Part shown: positions 41,253 through 52,400 of the stretch, piece by piece | Layout: every line of letters starts with the position of its first letter | How positions within the stretch are numbered: the stretch's first letter is position 1 | Source of the DNA: an uncultured Acidobacteriota bacterium | Lineage (GTDB): Bacteria; Acidobacteriota; Thermoanaerobaculia; Multivoradales; SZUA-115 | Assembly: GCA_963805975.1 (NCBI GenBank) | Contig: CAWDVR010000002.1 | Location: 800,001-864,000, forward strand | Direction: 5' to 3' | Length of the DNA: 64,000 nucleotides | The notes under the pieces: model-generated | What the model was told of the DNA's origin: nothing | The model's input: only the letters and a program-made list of their open reading frames with translations | Database searches by the model: none | Translations under genes and position numbers: made by a program

Positions 41253-43722
41253 CTACTCGACTTCGAAGAGCCGCGCCAGGAGGAGCCGCAGGGGGAAGCG
41301 GCCGAGCGAGCCGGCGGCGACCGAGACCTCGTCGAAGCTCTCGACCGGGTCCGCCTCGATCCCTTCGCCCCAGATCGCGACCGGCACCGGGTCGGCCGCG
41401 TGCTGGCCACCTTCGGAGAGCGTGGCGTGGTCGGAGGCCACCGCCACGCGCAGCGGGCCCTTGACGTGGGCGAGCAGCCAGCCGAGGCTTTTGTCCAGTC
41501 TTTCCAGGAACTTGACCTTGAGGTCCGGCCGCTGGTCGTGGGCCGCGATGTCCGCCCCCTTGACGTGGAGCACCACCAGCTCGTGGCTCGCCAGGGCCTT
41601 GGCCGCGAGGCGGAACTTGCCCGGCAGATCGGTGTCGAGGTTGGCGGTCATGTCCGGCGCCGTCATCGCCTCGCCGCCCAGCCAGGAGGAGAGGCCCAGG
41701 AACGTCCGATCGCCGGAGACGGTGGCATGGCGCAGCGGCCGCCCGGCCACCTCCACGGCGGGCAGCGTGCGCACCAGCCCGGCGCCGCGGGTCACCACGG
41801 CGTTGGCCACCGGCCGGCCGGCGGCACGGCGCTTCTTGTTCACCGGGTGGCGGGTGAGGACCCGGCGGGCCTCTTTCTCGAACAGCGCCACCAGGCGGGC
41901 GGTGCGCACCGCGGCGGCATCCCCGGGGTCGGTGGGCCGGGGTGCGAGGGGCGGCCCCGGGGGCGCGCCGTCGCCCGGGTCGCTGCCGAGGATGGCGGGC
42001 GAGAGGCCGGCACCCTGGAAGACGATCGCCAGGCGGTGCTCGGTGGTGGGCTTGACGCGCACGGTGACCCCCTTGGCCTCGCTGCCGGGGAGCTTCAGGA
42101 GGTCGAGGGCGGCGGCGAGCCTGGCGGCCTCCGAGCGGATGCGGCCCGCGCGGCGGTCGGCGAGGCTGCCGTCGCGCGCCAGGGTCGCGAGGTTGCCGCG
42201 CAGGGCGACGTCGCCGGGCTGGAGGTCGATCCCGGTCGCCAGGGCCTCGACCGGGCCGCGCTGCATGGCGGCGGGCGACTGGCCGAAGAGCGCCAGGCTG
42301 CCGGAGGCGGTGTCGGGCACCACGCCGGGGGCCACGGGGTCGGCGAGGCCGGTCTTGCCCTCGCGCGCCAGGCGGTCGAGGTGGGGCAGGCGGGCGGCCT
42401 CGAGCGGCGTGCGCCCGCCGAGCGCCCGCGTCGGGTGGTCGGCCACGCCGTCGATCACCAGCAGCAGGGTGGGCACCCGGCGGGCGCTCCCTTCCTCCGC
42501 GCGGCCGAGCCAGGGCAGCTTCTCCTCGAGCAGGCCGGTCACCAGCCGCAGGGCGCGCGGCAGGGCCGTCTCGCCGTCCGAGGTGTCGAAGAGCGGCATG
42601 TCGTGGGCCTCGGACTGCTCGATCAACTGCGACTGCAGGAGGCGGATAGCGGTGAAGTTCTCGATGTAGCGCCCGGCCGCCCGCGGGGTGGAGCGCGAGC
42701 GGGCTAGGAAGCGCGCGCGGTGGGTCTCCTCGGAGAGCGTGGTCAGGGTGAGCAGCACCTGGTGGACGGCGCCCTCGAGGTCCCGGAACGGCACCAGCCC
42801 CGGCATCAGGTGGACGCCCTCGACCACCACGCTCATGTTCTCGACGATGGCGCGCTCGACCACCGCCCGCACCCCCACGCAGACCCGTGTCGCCTGCTCG
42901 AGAAAAGCCGGTGCGAGGCGGGAAGGGCCGCCGCGCTCGGCCTCCTCGGCGTCCTGGTTGGCGATCAGCTCGAAGCTCGAGGCGTGGAGCGCCGGCAGGA
43001 TGGCGGGCGCGAACAGCATGCGCATCACTTGGCGGATGGTGTCCGTGGCGGTGATGCGGTAGATGCGCAGCAGGGGCGCGATCGACAGCGCCAGGGTCGA
43101 CTTGCCGGTGCCGGTGGCGCCGCCCAGGTAGAGCACCAGGGGCCGCGGCAGGCGGTGGATGCGCCGCACCAGGCGGTAGCGCGCCGCGGCGCCGGCGCCC
43201 TCGTGGCGCTCGACGATCTCGCCCACCCGCCGCGCCACCTCGTCGCTTCGCGAGCCGCTGCACTCCCTCGCGCAGCAACTGACCCTGGAGCTCGCCCACC
43301 AGCCGGTAGGCGCGGTCGAGCTCGACGCCGGCGGCGTGGAGGCTCCGCGCCAGGAGGCCGCGCGAGAAGGGCTGCGGCTCGCCGTGGTAGACGACCTCGA
43401 TCTGCGGCGGCTGCGGCCAGGCGGCGGGCGACAGGCTCGCCAGGCGCTCGGCGCCGACCAGGTTCAGGAGCTGCTCTTCGATCAGATCCTTGAGCTCGGC
43501 GGTCGAGATCGCCCGGCGCTTTCCCAGCTTGCCGCGCACCGCGCGTGCCGTCGCGTAGGCGTCCTCGAAGGGCAGGCCGCGCTGCACCAGGTCGTGCGCC
43601 ACCATGCCGCGCAGAAAGGGGTGGGGATTGCCGGCGCTGTCGCGCACCACGACGCCGCCGCGCCGCACCGCTTCCTCCGCCTTCTTCGCGCCCTCGGCGT
43701 CTCCTTTGCCTTTTTTCGCCAT
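41253..43722 (-). CDS. Fusion: 2x ATP-cone-like + 2-phosphoglycerate kinase + archaeal-type cofactor-independent phosphoglycerate mutase (ApgM); one frameshift near 43247
   Basis: PFLRG and PFSRGLLARSL ATP-cone motifs; GGATGTGKSTLA, TDTIRQVMR, VVEGVHL.P (2-PGK); IDGVAD, TPLEAA, RGPVEA, LRGN, DRRAGRI, HVKGADIAAHD, ASDHAT, HAADPVP (ApgM). Removing one base at 43247-43248 joins the frames (QRLA-SDEVARR). Confidence 0.8.
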
Positions 43723-43768
43723 GCCGCGATGCTACCCGAACCGCCGCGGCCGCCCGCGGCACGCCGGG

Positions 43769-43808
43769 TCGTCGCACGGCTGTCACAGCGCCGTCAGACG
43801 GCCGTCCG
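43769..43808 (+). promoter_or_regulatory. PHO box array between the 2-PGK/ApgM gene and phoU
   Basis: TCGTCGC (43769), CTGTCAC (43780), CCGTCAG (43791), CCGTCCG (43802), exact 11-bp period. Confidence 0.7.
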
Positions 43809-43917
43809 CCGCCCTGACCGTGCCTGTGGCACACTTCGTGGCCGTGGGCTGGCGCCCGCAGGGAGACGACTGCCGGCCAGAGAACGCCAGGCCAGGAAAC
43901 CTCAGGAAAATCAAGAC

Positions 43918-44607
43918 ATGGAAAGACACCGGGACCAGGAGCTCGCCCAGATCCGCCAGCGGCTGCTCGAGATGGCAGGCATCGTGGAGGAGATGATCGG
44001 CACCTCCATGCGCTCGCTCACCGAGCGCGACGACCCGCTCGCCGAGCGCACCATCGAACGCGACCGCGAGGTGGACCGGCTGGAAAAGCTGATCGACGAG
44101 GGCTGCCTCTCGATCCTCGCGACGCAGCAGCCGATGGCCGTCGACCTGCGCTTCCTGGTGGCGGTGATGAAGATCGTCAACGATCTCGAGCGCATGGGCG
44201 ACTCGGCCAAGAACATCGCCGAGGCGGCGCTGGTGATCAACCGGGAGCCGCCGCTCAAGCCCTACATCGACCTGCCGCACATGGCCCACCTGGCGCGCGC
44301 CATGGTGCACGACAGCCTCGACTCGTTCGTGCAGAAGAACGCGGCCCTGGCGCGCGACGTGTGGCAGCGCGACGACGCCATCGACGCCCTCTACCAGCAG
44401 CTCTTCCGTGAGCTGCTGACCTACATGATCGAGGACCCGAAGAAGGCCGGCCGCTCCCTCCACCTGCTGCTCGTCGCCCTCTACCTCGAGCGCATCGCCG
44501 ACCACGCCACCAACGTCTGCGAGGACGTCATCTACTACGTCGAGGGCGAGGACATCCGCCACGAGGCGACCCGCTACCGCGACGCGGTGGCCGAGAAGAC
44601 GAACTGA
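43918..44607 (+). CDS. phoU: Phosphate signalling complex protein PhoU
   Basis: QQPMAVDLRF, DLERMGD, DDAIDALY, LERIADHATNVCEDVIY.VEG. Confidence 0.96.
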   Translation: MERHRDQELAQIRQRLLEMAGIVEEMIGTSMRSLTERDDPLAERTIERDREVDRLEKLIDEGCLSILATQQPMAVDLRFLVAVMKIVNDLERMGDSAKNIAEAALVINREPPLKPYIDLPHMAHLARAMVHDSLDSFVQKNAALARDVWQRDDAIDALYQQLFRELLTYMIEDPKKAGRSLHLLLVALYLERIADHATNVCEDVIYYVEGEDIRHEATRYRDAVAEKTN

Positions 44608-44623
44608 GGCCCGGCCTGCCGGA

Positions 44624-44762
44624 TGGATTCCCGCTTCCGCGGGAATGACGGAGGGAGCCGGGTCGCCACGACCCCGAGTTGTCATTCCCGCGCCAGAAGG
44701 AATAGCGGAGGGAGCCGGGCCGCTGCGATCTGGGTTGTCATTCCCTCGCAAGCGGGAATCCA
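44624..44762. repeat. REP-like palindromic cluster (GTCATTCCC-N-GGGAATCCA type)
   Basis: Inverted copy 44624-44649, degenerate copy from 44681, direct copy 44737-44762; linker CGGAGGGAGCCGGG occurs twice. Confidence 0.8.
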
Positions 44763-44807
44763 TCTCCTCTCCTCGCCGTCGCGCCGAGCGGGCTATCCTT
44801 CGCCTGC

Positions 44808-46613
44808 ATGGCTCTCGCTCCCCAGTGGCTCCTGATCGCCCTCCTGGTCGTCGCCGTCCTGCTCCTGGTCTCGAGCCGCGTGCGGCCGGACCTCGTCGCT
44901 TTCCTGGTGCTCGCCCTCCTGCCGCTGACCGGCGCGGTCAGCTTCCCCGAGGCGCTCTCGGGGTTCTCGCGCTCGGTCGTCATCACCATCATCGGCCTCT
45001 TCATCTTGAGCCAGGCGCTCGAGGACACGGGCGTGGTGCAGTGGATCGCGGACCGCCTGCGGGCGCTCGGCGGCGGCTCGGAGGCGCGGCTGGTGCTGCT
45101 CTTCATGGCGGTAGCGGCGGGGCTCTCTCTGCTGATGAACAACCTAGCGGTGACCGCAGTGCTGCTGCCCGCCGCCGTGCAGGTGGGCCGCGAGTCGCGC
45201 GTGGCGCCGTCGAAGCTCCTGCTGCCGCTCTCCTTCGGGACCCTCCTGGGCGGCATGGCCACCTACTTCACCACCGCCAACATCCTGCTCTCCGGCCTCT
45301 TGACCGAGCGCGGCGAGCGCGACCTCCACATGCTGGACTTCCTGCCCACCGGCGGCCTGATCGCCGTGGCCGGCATCCTGTTCATGACCTGGGTCGGGCG
45401 GCGTGCCCTGCCGCGCCGCGAGTCGGCGGCGCGCGAGGCGAGCCCGTATCTGCTGTCGCGGAGCCTCTACGAGAGCTACCGGCTGGGCGAGCAGCTCTGG
45501 GAGGTGCGGGTGCCGGGCGCCAGCCGGCTCGCCGGCTCGACACTCGCCGAGAGCCGGCTGGGCGAGCGGTTGGGGATCACGGTGCTCGCGGTGTGGCGCG
45601 GGCACCGCGCGATCTTCACGCCCCCGCCCGCGCAGCCGATCGAGACCGGGGACATCCTGCTGGTCCTGGGCTCGCGCGAACGGGTGGCGGAGATGGCGGC
45701 GCTCGGCCTCGAGCCCGGCCGCGACCCAGCCACGGGCGCCGGCACGCGGGAAAACATGGTGGACCTGACCGAGGTCCTGATCCCGCCGCGTTCGAGCGCC
45801 GTGGGCAAGACCCTGACCGAGCTCGACTTCCGGAACCGGCACGACCTGACGGCCGTGGCGCTCTGGCGCCAAGGCGCGAGCCACGGCACGGACGTGGGAC
45901 GGCTGCGCCTCGAGGTGGGCGACGCCCTGCTGATGGTGGGCGCGCCGGAACGCATCCGGGAGCTCGAGCGGGAGACCGACTTTCTCGTCCTCCAGAGCAG
46001 CCATGCCGCCCGCCCGAGCCTGCCCCACAAGGCGTCGCTGGCGCTGGGCATCACCGCCGCGGTGCTCGCGGCCTCGATCTTCCAGCTCCTGCCGACCGCC
46101 GCGGCGATGATGCTCGGCGTGGTGGCGCTCGCCTTCACCGGCTGCATCCACCTGGACGCCGCCTACCGCTCGATCGACTGGCGGGTGGTCTTCCTGGTGG
46201 CCGGCATGCTGCCGCTGTCGCTCGCCATGACCAACAGCGGGCTCGCCCTCCGCATCGGTAACGCGCTGGTCTCGCTGCTCGCGCCGCACGGGGCGCTGGC
46301 CCTGGTCGCCGGCCTCTGCCTCCTGGCCGTGCTCCTCACCCAGGTGGTCGGCGGGCAGATCGCGGCCCTCCTGGTGGGGCCGGTCGCGGTGGGCGCCGCG
46401 CTGGCAGAGGGCATCGACCCCAGGGCCACCGCCGTGGCGGTGGCCATCGCCTGCTCCATGGCCTTCCTCACCCCGGTCTCGCACCCCACCAACGTGCTGG
46501 TGATGGGCGCCGGCGGCTATGTGCCGCGCGACTTCTGGAAGGCCGGCCTCGGCATGACGCTGGTCTCCTTCGCGGCGCTCCTCCTCGGGCTCAAGCTCTT
46601 CTGGGGCCTGTGA
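44808..46613 (+). CDS. SLC13 family permease with two TrkA-C domains
   Basis: MNN, PSKLLLPLSF, two central TrkA-C repeats, FLTPVSHPTNVLVMGAGGY..RDF. Confidence 0.9.
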   Translation: MALAPQWLLIALLVVAVLLLVSSRVRPDLVAFLVLALLPLTGAVSFPEALSGFSRSVVITIIGLFILSQALEDTGVVQWIADRLRALGGGSEARLVLLFMAVAAGLSLLMNNLAVTAVLLPAAVQVGRESRVAPSKLLLPLSFGTLLGGMATYFTTANILLSGLLTERGERDLHMLDFLPTGGLIAVAGILFMTWVGRRALPRRESAAREASPYLLSRSLYESYRLGEQLWEVRVPGASRLAGSTLAESRLGERLGITVLAVWRGHRAIFTPPPAQPIETGDILLVLGSRERVAEMAALGLEPGRDPATGAGTRENMVDLTEVLIPPRSSAVGKTLTELDFRNRHDLTAVALWRQGASHGTDVGRLRLEVGDALLMVGAPERIRELERETDFLVLQSSHAARPSLPHKASLALGITAAVLAASIFQLLPTAAAMMLGVVALAFTGCIHLDAAYRSIDWRVVFLVAGMLPLSLAMTNSGLALRIGNALVSLLAPHGALALVAGLCLLAVLLTQVVGGQIAALLVGPVAVGAALAEGIDPRATAVAVAIACSMAFLTPVSHPTNVLVMGAGGYVPRDFWKAGLGMTLVSFAALLLGLKLFWGL

Positions 46614-46634
46614 GGGGACGCCGTCAAGCCGCAG

Positions 46635-47252
46635 CTACGGCGAGCCGAACCGGAAGCCGAAGGTGACGCTCGCCTCGTAGTCCGTCGCCTCGTAGGACAC
46701 CTCGAAGTCGTCCGCTTCCTCCTCGTCGCCGAAGTAGCGGCGCGCCCGGACCTCCGGGCGGATATAGAACCGCTCGCCCGCGTCCCACTGGTAGCCAACG
46801 CCCAGGTGCGCGGTCAAGAGATCCTCGGTGTCGGAGATGCTCGCGGAGACGTCGAGGAAGGTGAACTCCAGGTCGGCGTCGATCCGCGCCCAGCCGGGGC
46901 CGCCGAAGACCACGAGCCCGCTGCCGGTCGGGTACCACTGGAACGAGAGATCGAGCGTGGTCAGGTCGGCCTCGAAGTCGATGTCGATGGGGAACTCCGG
47001 GTCTTCGTCGATGTCGATCGGGAAGGCGTCCGCGAGGTCGACCCGCCCCACACTGGCCTCGAAACCGAAGTTGGGGTTGAACCGGTAGCCGCCCCGGATG
47101 CCGAAGACCTCGGTGCGGTCCGCGTCACTGTCGTCCGGCTCGTAGATACCGCCGAAGACCCCCAGGCTCCCCTGGGCCAGGGCCGGCGGCGCCCCGGCGA
47201 TGAGGGCCAGAGCGACGAGGGCCCCCACCCAGACACAATGCTTGCTTCTCAT
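46635..47252 (-). CDS. Outer-membrane beta-barrel protein (8-stranded OmpA/OmpW-like)
   Basis: SD GGAGG; signal peptide; alternating beta strands; terminal FGFRF; acidic loops. Confidence 0.8.
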   Translation of the reverse strand: MRSKHCVWVGALVALALIAGAPPALAQGSLGVFGGIYEPDDSDADRTEVFGIRGGYRFNPNFGFEASVGRVDLADAFPIDIDEDPEFPIDIDFEADLTTLDLSFQWYPTGSGLVVFGGPGWARIDADLEFTFLDVSASISDTEDLLTAHLGVGYQWDAGERFYIRPEVRARRYFGDEEEADDFEVSYEATDYEASVTFGFRFGSP

Positions 47253-47389
47253 GGCATTCCTCCCGTTGGAAAGCTTCTCTTACGTATACGCGTTTTATGT
47301 ACCCGAGGTTACGCTCCCCGATGGGCTCGTCCCACAGGCTACAGGGAAATGCGCTGGAGAGAGGCCAGGTCCGTCAGTGAATCGGCGGC

Positions 47390-49440
47390 TCAGGGGGCGT
47401 CGCGGTGCCGAAGCAGGCGCGCCAGCAGCACGAGGAGCGCCGCCACGGCCGCGACGAGAATTCCCCAGAAGAGCAGGCGGTCGCGGCGGGATGGGTCGGT
47501 GCCCGTCAACTCCTCGGGGCCGGGCGCGATCTCGTGCGCCGCGGCGCCCACCAGCCGGGGAGCGAGGAGCGCCAGGTCGTAGCGGGGTGCCGCGAGGCCC
47601 GGCTGCCCGTAGAAGAGCTTCACCTCGCCCTGGCCGACGAAGAAGCGCATCCGCCAGGCCGGCAGCAGGAGCTGCGGCGCCGCGAGCGGCAGCGGGCTGT
47701 TGTCGCCGTCGTCGATCAAAAGCACCAGCGTGTCGCCGGCGAGCGGCGGCAGCTCGAGCGTCAGGGCCGGGGCCGGCGTCTCCGGATCGGCGTGCCGCCA
47801 GGTCCCGCTCGCGATCCGTAGCGGGCCGCGTTCCGCCCGCCCCTCCCCCACCCGCGCGCTCTCCACCTCGACCCGGCGCTCGAAGACCCGCGCCCGCGTG
47901 GTGAGGACCAGCCGTGAACCCGGCAGCCCGGCGTACGGCAGAGCCAGCCGGTAGCCGGACACGCGGCCCCGCTCGCCGGTCTCGTCGGCAAGGCTTTCGA
48001 GCTCGAGGTCGAGCACCAGCGGCTCGTCGCGCTTCTCGAGCAGGTAGGGCACCTGCCGGCCCTGGGTATCGCCGAGCCGCACGTCGGCCAGCCCGGGGCT
48101 GTGGGCGAGCACCGCGGCGTCGAGCGCCAGGGCGTTCAAGCCCGGCTTCGTGCCCGGTACGGCGCGGCGGTAGCGGAAGCCGGCGGTCGCGAGCGGCGCA
48201 CCGGAAAGCTCCACCGGGGCCGCCGTGGGCGCGGCCGCCGAGGATGGGGCCTCCTCGACCGGCTTCCACCGGGCCTGCCGCGCGGAGACGGGCGAGACCC
48301 GGCCGCGCAGGGCCTCGAGGTCGTAGCGCGGCGCCCGCGCCTCCGGCCTGCCGAAGCGCGCGGTGAGCGGCGCGCCGTCCTGGCTCTCGAGGTAGATCCA
48401 GGGCAGAGGCGCAAAGGCTCCGGAGACGGCCACCAGCTCGAGCGGCGGGTTGTCGCCGTCGTCCACCACCAGCTCCAGCTCGGCTCCCTCCGGCGGCAGG
48501 ATGGGGATGGCGAGCGCCTCCGCCGCCAGCCCGCCCCGCGCCACCCGCCGCAGAACGGCGGTGCCGAGGGGAACGGGCAGCACCCTGGCGCCGGAAGAGG
48601 ATGCAGTGGCGGGCGGGCCGGAGAGCCGCGCCTCCGTGACCCGCGCCTCGCGCAGCAGGTAATCGCCCGCCACCTCCAGCTCGATCGCGACCAGCGGCAG
48701 GTGCGAGCCGGGCGGCCGCAGGCGGAAGCGGCTCTTGCCCGGCTCGCTCGCGCGGCGCTCGAAGGCGAGGTCGATGCGCTCCGCTGCCGGCGCCGGAGCG
48801 CTGCGAGCTGGCGCGCCTCGGCCCGCGCCGGCATGGGCAGCCGGCCGCTCGCCCGATCGTCCCATTCGAGCCGCAGGTAGCGGTAGTCGCCGGCCGCGAA
48901 GCCCACGACCGTGCGGCGCAGGCGCTCCTCGGGCAGATCGAAGAGCGTGCCCTCCGGCGCGAGGAGCGTCCAGCGCTCCCGGTCGCCGCTGCCTTCGAGG
49001 CGGAAGCGCTTGAGAAACGGCGCCGGCAGCCCGGAGATCTCCAGCCGATCGACGAGGAGTGGCGCTCCGAGGTCGACCTCGAAACCGCTCCTGTCCTTGG
49101 TGGCGGCGACCGCCAGCAGGCGCCCGGCGACCCGGCGGGGGCTGGCGCTCTCGGGCGCCACCAGCAGGTAGGGCACCTCGCGCCCCTGAGCGTCGAAGAG
49201 ACGCAGATCCTCCAGGCCGCGCTCGAAGCGCCAGCCCACGCCATCTTCCGCCCGCTGATAGATCAGCGGCTTGGCGCCCGAAAGGAGCGGCGCATCCACC
49301 GCCACCCACGCCGGCCCGGGGCCTTGCGGCACCAGCCGGCGCTCGAAGCGCGCCTCCGCCTCCTGGGCAGCCGCGGTAGCCGTGCTCGCGAAGGCCGCCA
49401 GGAGCCCGGCGGCGAGCAGAGCCCGTCTCGCCGCCTTCAC
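47390..49440 (-). CDS. DUF3999-like exported protein with C-terminal TM (frameshift near 48803)
   Basis: GTG 49440 with signal peptide; DLRLFDAQGREVPY; internal duplication (DDGDNPPL..APRYDL twice); C-terminal anchor. The frames switch at RQLA/SAPAPAAERID. Confidence 0.7.
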
Positions 49441-52400
49441 TGCTCTCCCTCGCGCGGCGCCAGCACGAAGCGCTGCAGCAAGAGAGCCACCAGCGCCAGG
49501 CAGACGGCCAGACCCACGAAAGAGGCCACGCGGTAGAGCCCGCCCAACTGCGAGAGGTCGTAGAGGAACGCCTTGAGCACCGTGGCCGAGAGCAGCACGA
49601 TGGCGCACACCCGCACCACCTTGTGCCCGAGGTAGAGGCCGGCCGCCAGCAGGCCCATGGCGAACACCCCCCAGCCGATGGTGTAGGCGAGGTCCTCGGC
49701 GAGGCTGCTCTCCCCCGAGAGGAAGCCGAACGTCAGGGTGGTGCCGGTCGAGAAGAAGTCGGCGATCTCGATGTTGAGCAGCAGGAAGAGGAGCACCGTG
49801 CCGGCGCCGGCGAAGAGCGGCCTGGCACGCAGGCCCTCGAACAGGCGGTCGTCCTTGCCGGAGAGCAGCCACACCGCGAGGAACAGCGACGCGACGGCCG
49901 CCAGGTAGGTGTAGAGATACCAGTTCCAGATCGGCACGTCGCTCCGCGGGTGGTAGGTGAGCACCGCGGGGTTCGCCGCCAGGCGGAGGAAGACCGCGGC
50001 GAAGAGGCCCACCGCCCAGGCCAGGAGCCCGCGGTGCGCCAGGCGGCGGTAGGCCCAGACGAGCGCGGCGCCGAGGAGCGCCCAGCCGACCGTGATCCAC
50101 TCCTTCTCGAGCTGCAGCGGGATCGCCACCGTGACCAGCGCCAGCACCGCGCCCACCACCATCGCCAGCCGGCCGGTGTCGCGCTCGGCTGCGGGCTCGG
50201 TCGCCAGCAGCCGCCAGAGCATCACGGCGAGCACCGCCGCGAGCGTCACCGGCAGGAGTCCGATGACCCCCTCCGCACCGCCGCGCACCATGGCGTGGTG
50301 GCCGAAGAAGAACGCCGGCGCGGTGGCCAGGATCGCCGCCAGGTAGGGCGCGCGCGCGGCCAGCGCCCGCCGGCCGAGCACCAGCGGGTAGGCGGCGAAG
50401 GGCAGGTAGAGGAGCCCCGCGAGGAGAAGCTCCTCCGACCAGCGCTCGGCGGCGAAGTGGCGGAGCTGCCAGACGGCGACGGCGAGCGCGGACGGCACCA
50501 CCGCGACGACGGCCAGGACGTGACGGCCGCTCGCCGCCGCGAGCACCAGCCAGAGGAGAACCAGGGCGAGGTGCAGGCCGGCGACGGTAGCGAGGCCCGG
50601 GTAGCCGGGCAGCACGGTGGCGAGCATCACGACCGCCTGCGCCCCGAGCAACCCGAGGGCGGCGGCGAGCTCGAACGACGGGATCGGTTCCCCGCCCGGC
50701 CGCCGGCGGCGCGCCGCGAACCAAGCGCCCACCCCGAGGGCGGCGAGGAGCACGGCGAAGGTGGCGGCGGTTGCCGGCCACGGTGCCTGGCGGGCGGTTC
50801 CTGCCCAGACCAGGAGGAAGAGCTCGGAGGCGACGAGCCCGCCAGCCAGGAGCAAGCCGTCCGCACCGGCGAGCGCCGCGGCGGCGAAGGCCAGCGCCAG
50901 CACGCCGAGCACCGCGAGGAGCGGCCAGGGCTCCGCGGCGATCTCCGGCCGCACGGCGGCATAGAGCATCAGGAGCGGTGCCGAAAGAGCGAGATAGGCG
51001 CTCCCTCGGAAGCCGCTGCCTTCCTCTCCCAGCCGGCGCACGACGAGCGGGATGGCGAGGTAGAAGAGAGCGAACACGGCGAGCACCGCGAGCGCCTCGA
51101 GGATGCGCTCCGGCGCCAGTCGCTTCGCGGTCCAAACCCACTCGCCGACCACCGCCAGCGAGGCCGCGACGAAGAAGGTCTCGGGCAGACGGCGGCGCAC
51201 GGCCACGAAAGCAGCCAGCGCGAGAAGCGGTAGGAGAGCGCCGAAGAGCAGCCAGGGTCGTACGGTGGCTGGCTCGAGCGCCGCCAGCACCGGGAAGGCG
51301 AAGAACAGCAGGGCTCCGGCGTAGGTGCCGCGGCGCGCGTCCGCGTAGAAGCGCGGCCGGCCGAGCCGCTCCGCGCCGAACGGTGCCGCGAGCAGGAAGG
51401 CGATGAAGGCGGCCGCCAGGCCCAGCACCGCCGGCCAGGCCGCGGGGCTGTAGGAGCCGCGGAACCAGAGCGCGAAGACGAGAACCGCCGTGCCGCCGCC
51501 GGCCAGGTGCAGCCACGTGGGGCCACGCCACACCGCGATCGCCGAGAGCCCCAGCACCAGGAGTCCCAGGAAGCCGAAGAGCAGCAGGAAGCGGTCGGCG
51601 TAGGCGGGCACGGTCGCGAGATACACGGCGAAGGCCAGGGGCAGGCTCGCCGCCCAGGCCGCGGTCGCCGTGAAGGCCCGCTCGGGCTCCCCCTCGCCGC
51701 TCGGGCGGCGGGTGAGCAGCACGGCCGCGAAGAGCGCCGGGAAAAGCAGGAAGATGCCGAGCCCCAGGGGCATGCGGGGCGAGTCCAGGAACTTCACCAC
51801 CCACTGCCACTGGTAGAGCGTGGTGGCGGCGAGCGACAGGGCGGCGAGGAGCGGCCAGCGCTTCTTGACCGCCACCCACGCGAGGCCCAGGTTGAGCAGC
51901 ACCAGGTAGCCGAAGAGCGGCACCGTGCGGTCCTCCGGGCCGGAGAGCAGCATCGGCGTGGCGAAGCCGCCCACCAGGCCCAGGAGCGCGATGAACACCG
52001 AGTCCCGGCGGATCGAGAGCAGCACCGCCACCGCCGTCACCAGCCCCATCAGCAGGAACGTCGCGAGGAGCGGCAGCAGGCCCCAGAGCACGTGCGCGGC
52101 AAAGAACGTGGCGAAGAGGATGGCGATGCCGGCGGCATCGAGCGCGTTGGCGGTCACCCGGTAGCGGCGCGCCGCCCTGAGCTCGCAGCCCACCAGCAGG
52201 CCGATGCCGGCGAGCAGGCCGAGCGCCATGCGCACCGGCGGGCTCAGCCAGCCCTGGTCCACCGAGTAGCGCAGGAAGAAGACCGCCGCGACGACCAGCG
52301 CCACGCCGGCGATCCAGGAGAAGAGCTTGACGCCGATCAACCGCTCCCAGTCGAAAGCAGCCTTGGGCTCCGAAGGCGGAGCGGAGAAGGTCGGTATGGG

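Noticed and set aside
44624-44762. Possible CRISPR array or small ORF (MDSRFRGND...)
   Set aside because: Repeats alternate in orientation and match REP palindromes; the ORF is a typical REP translation artefact.
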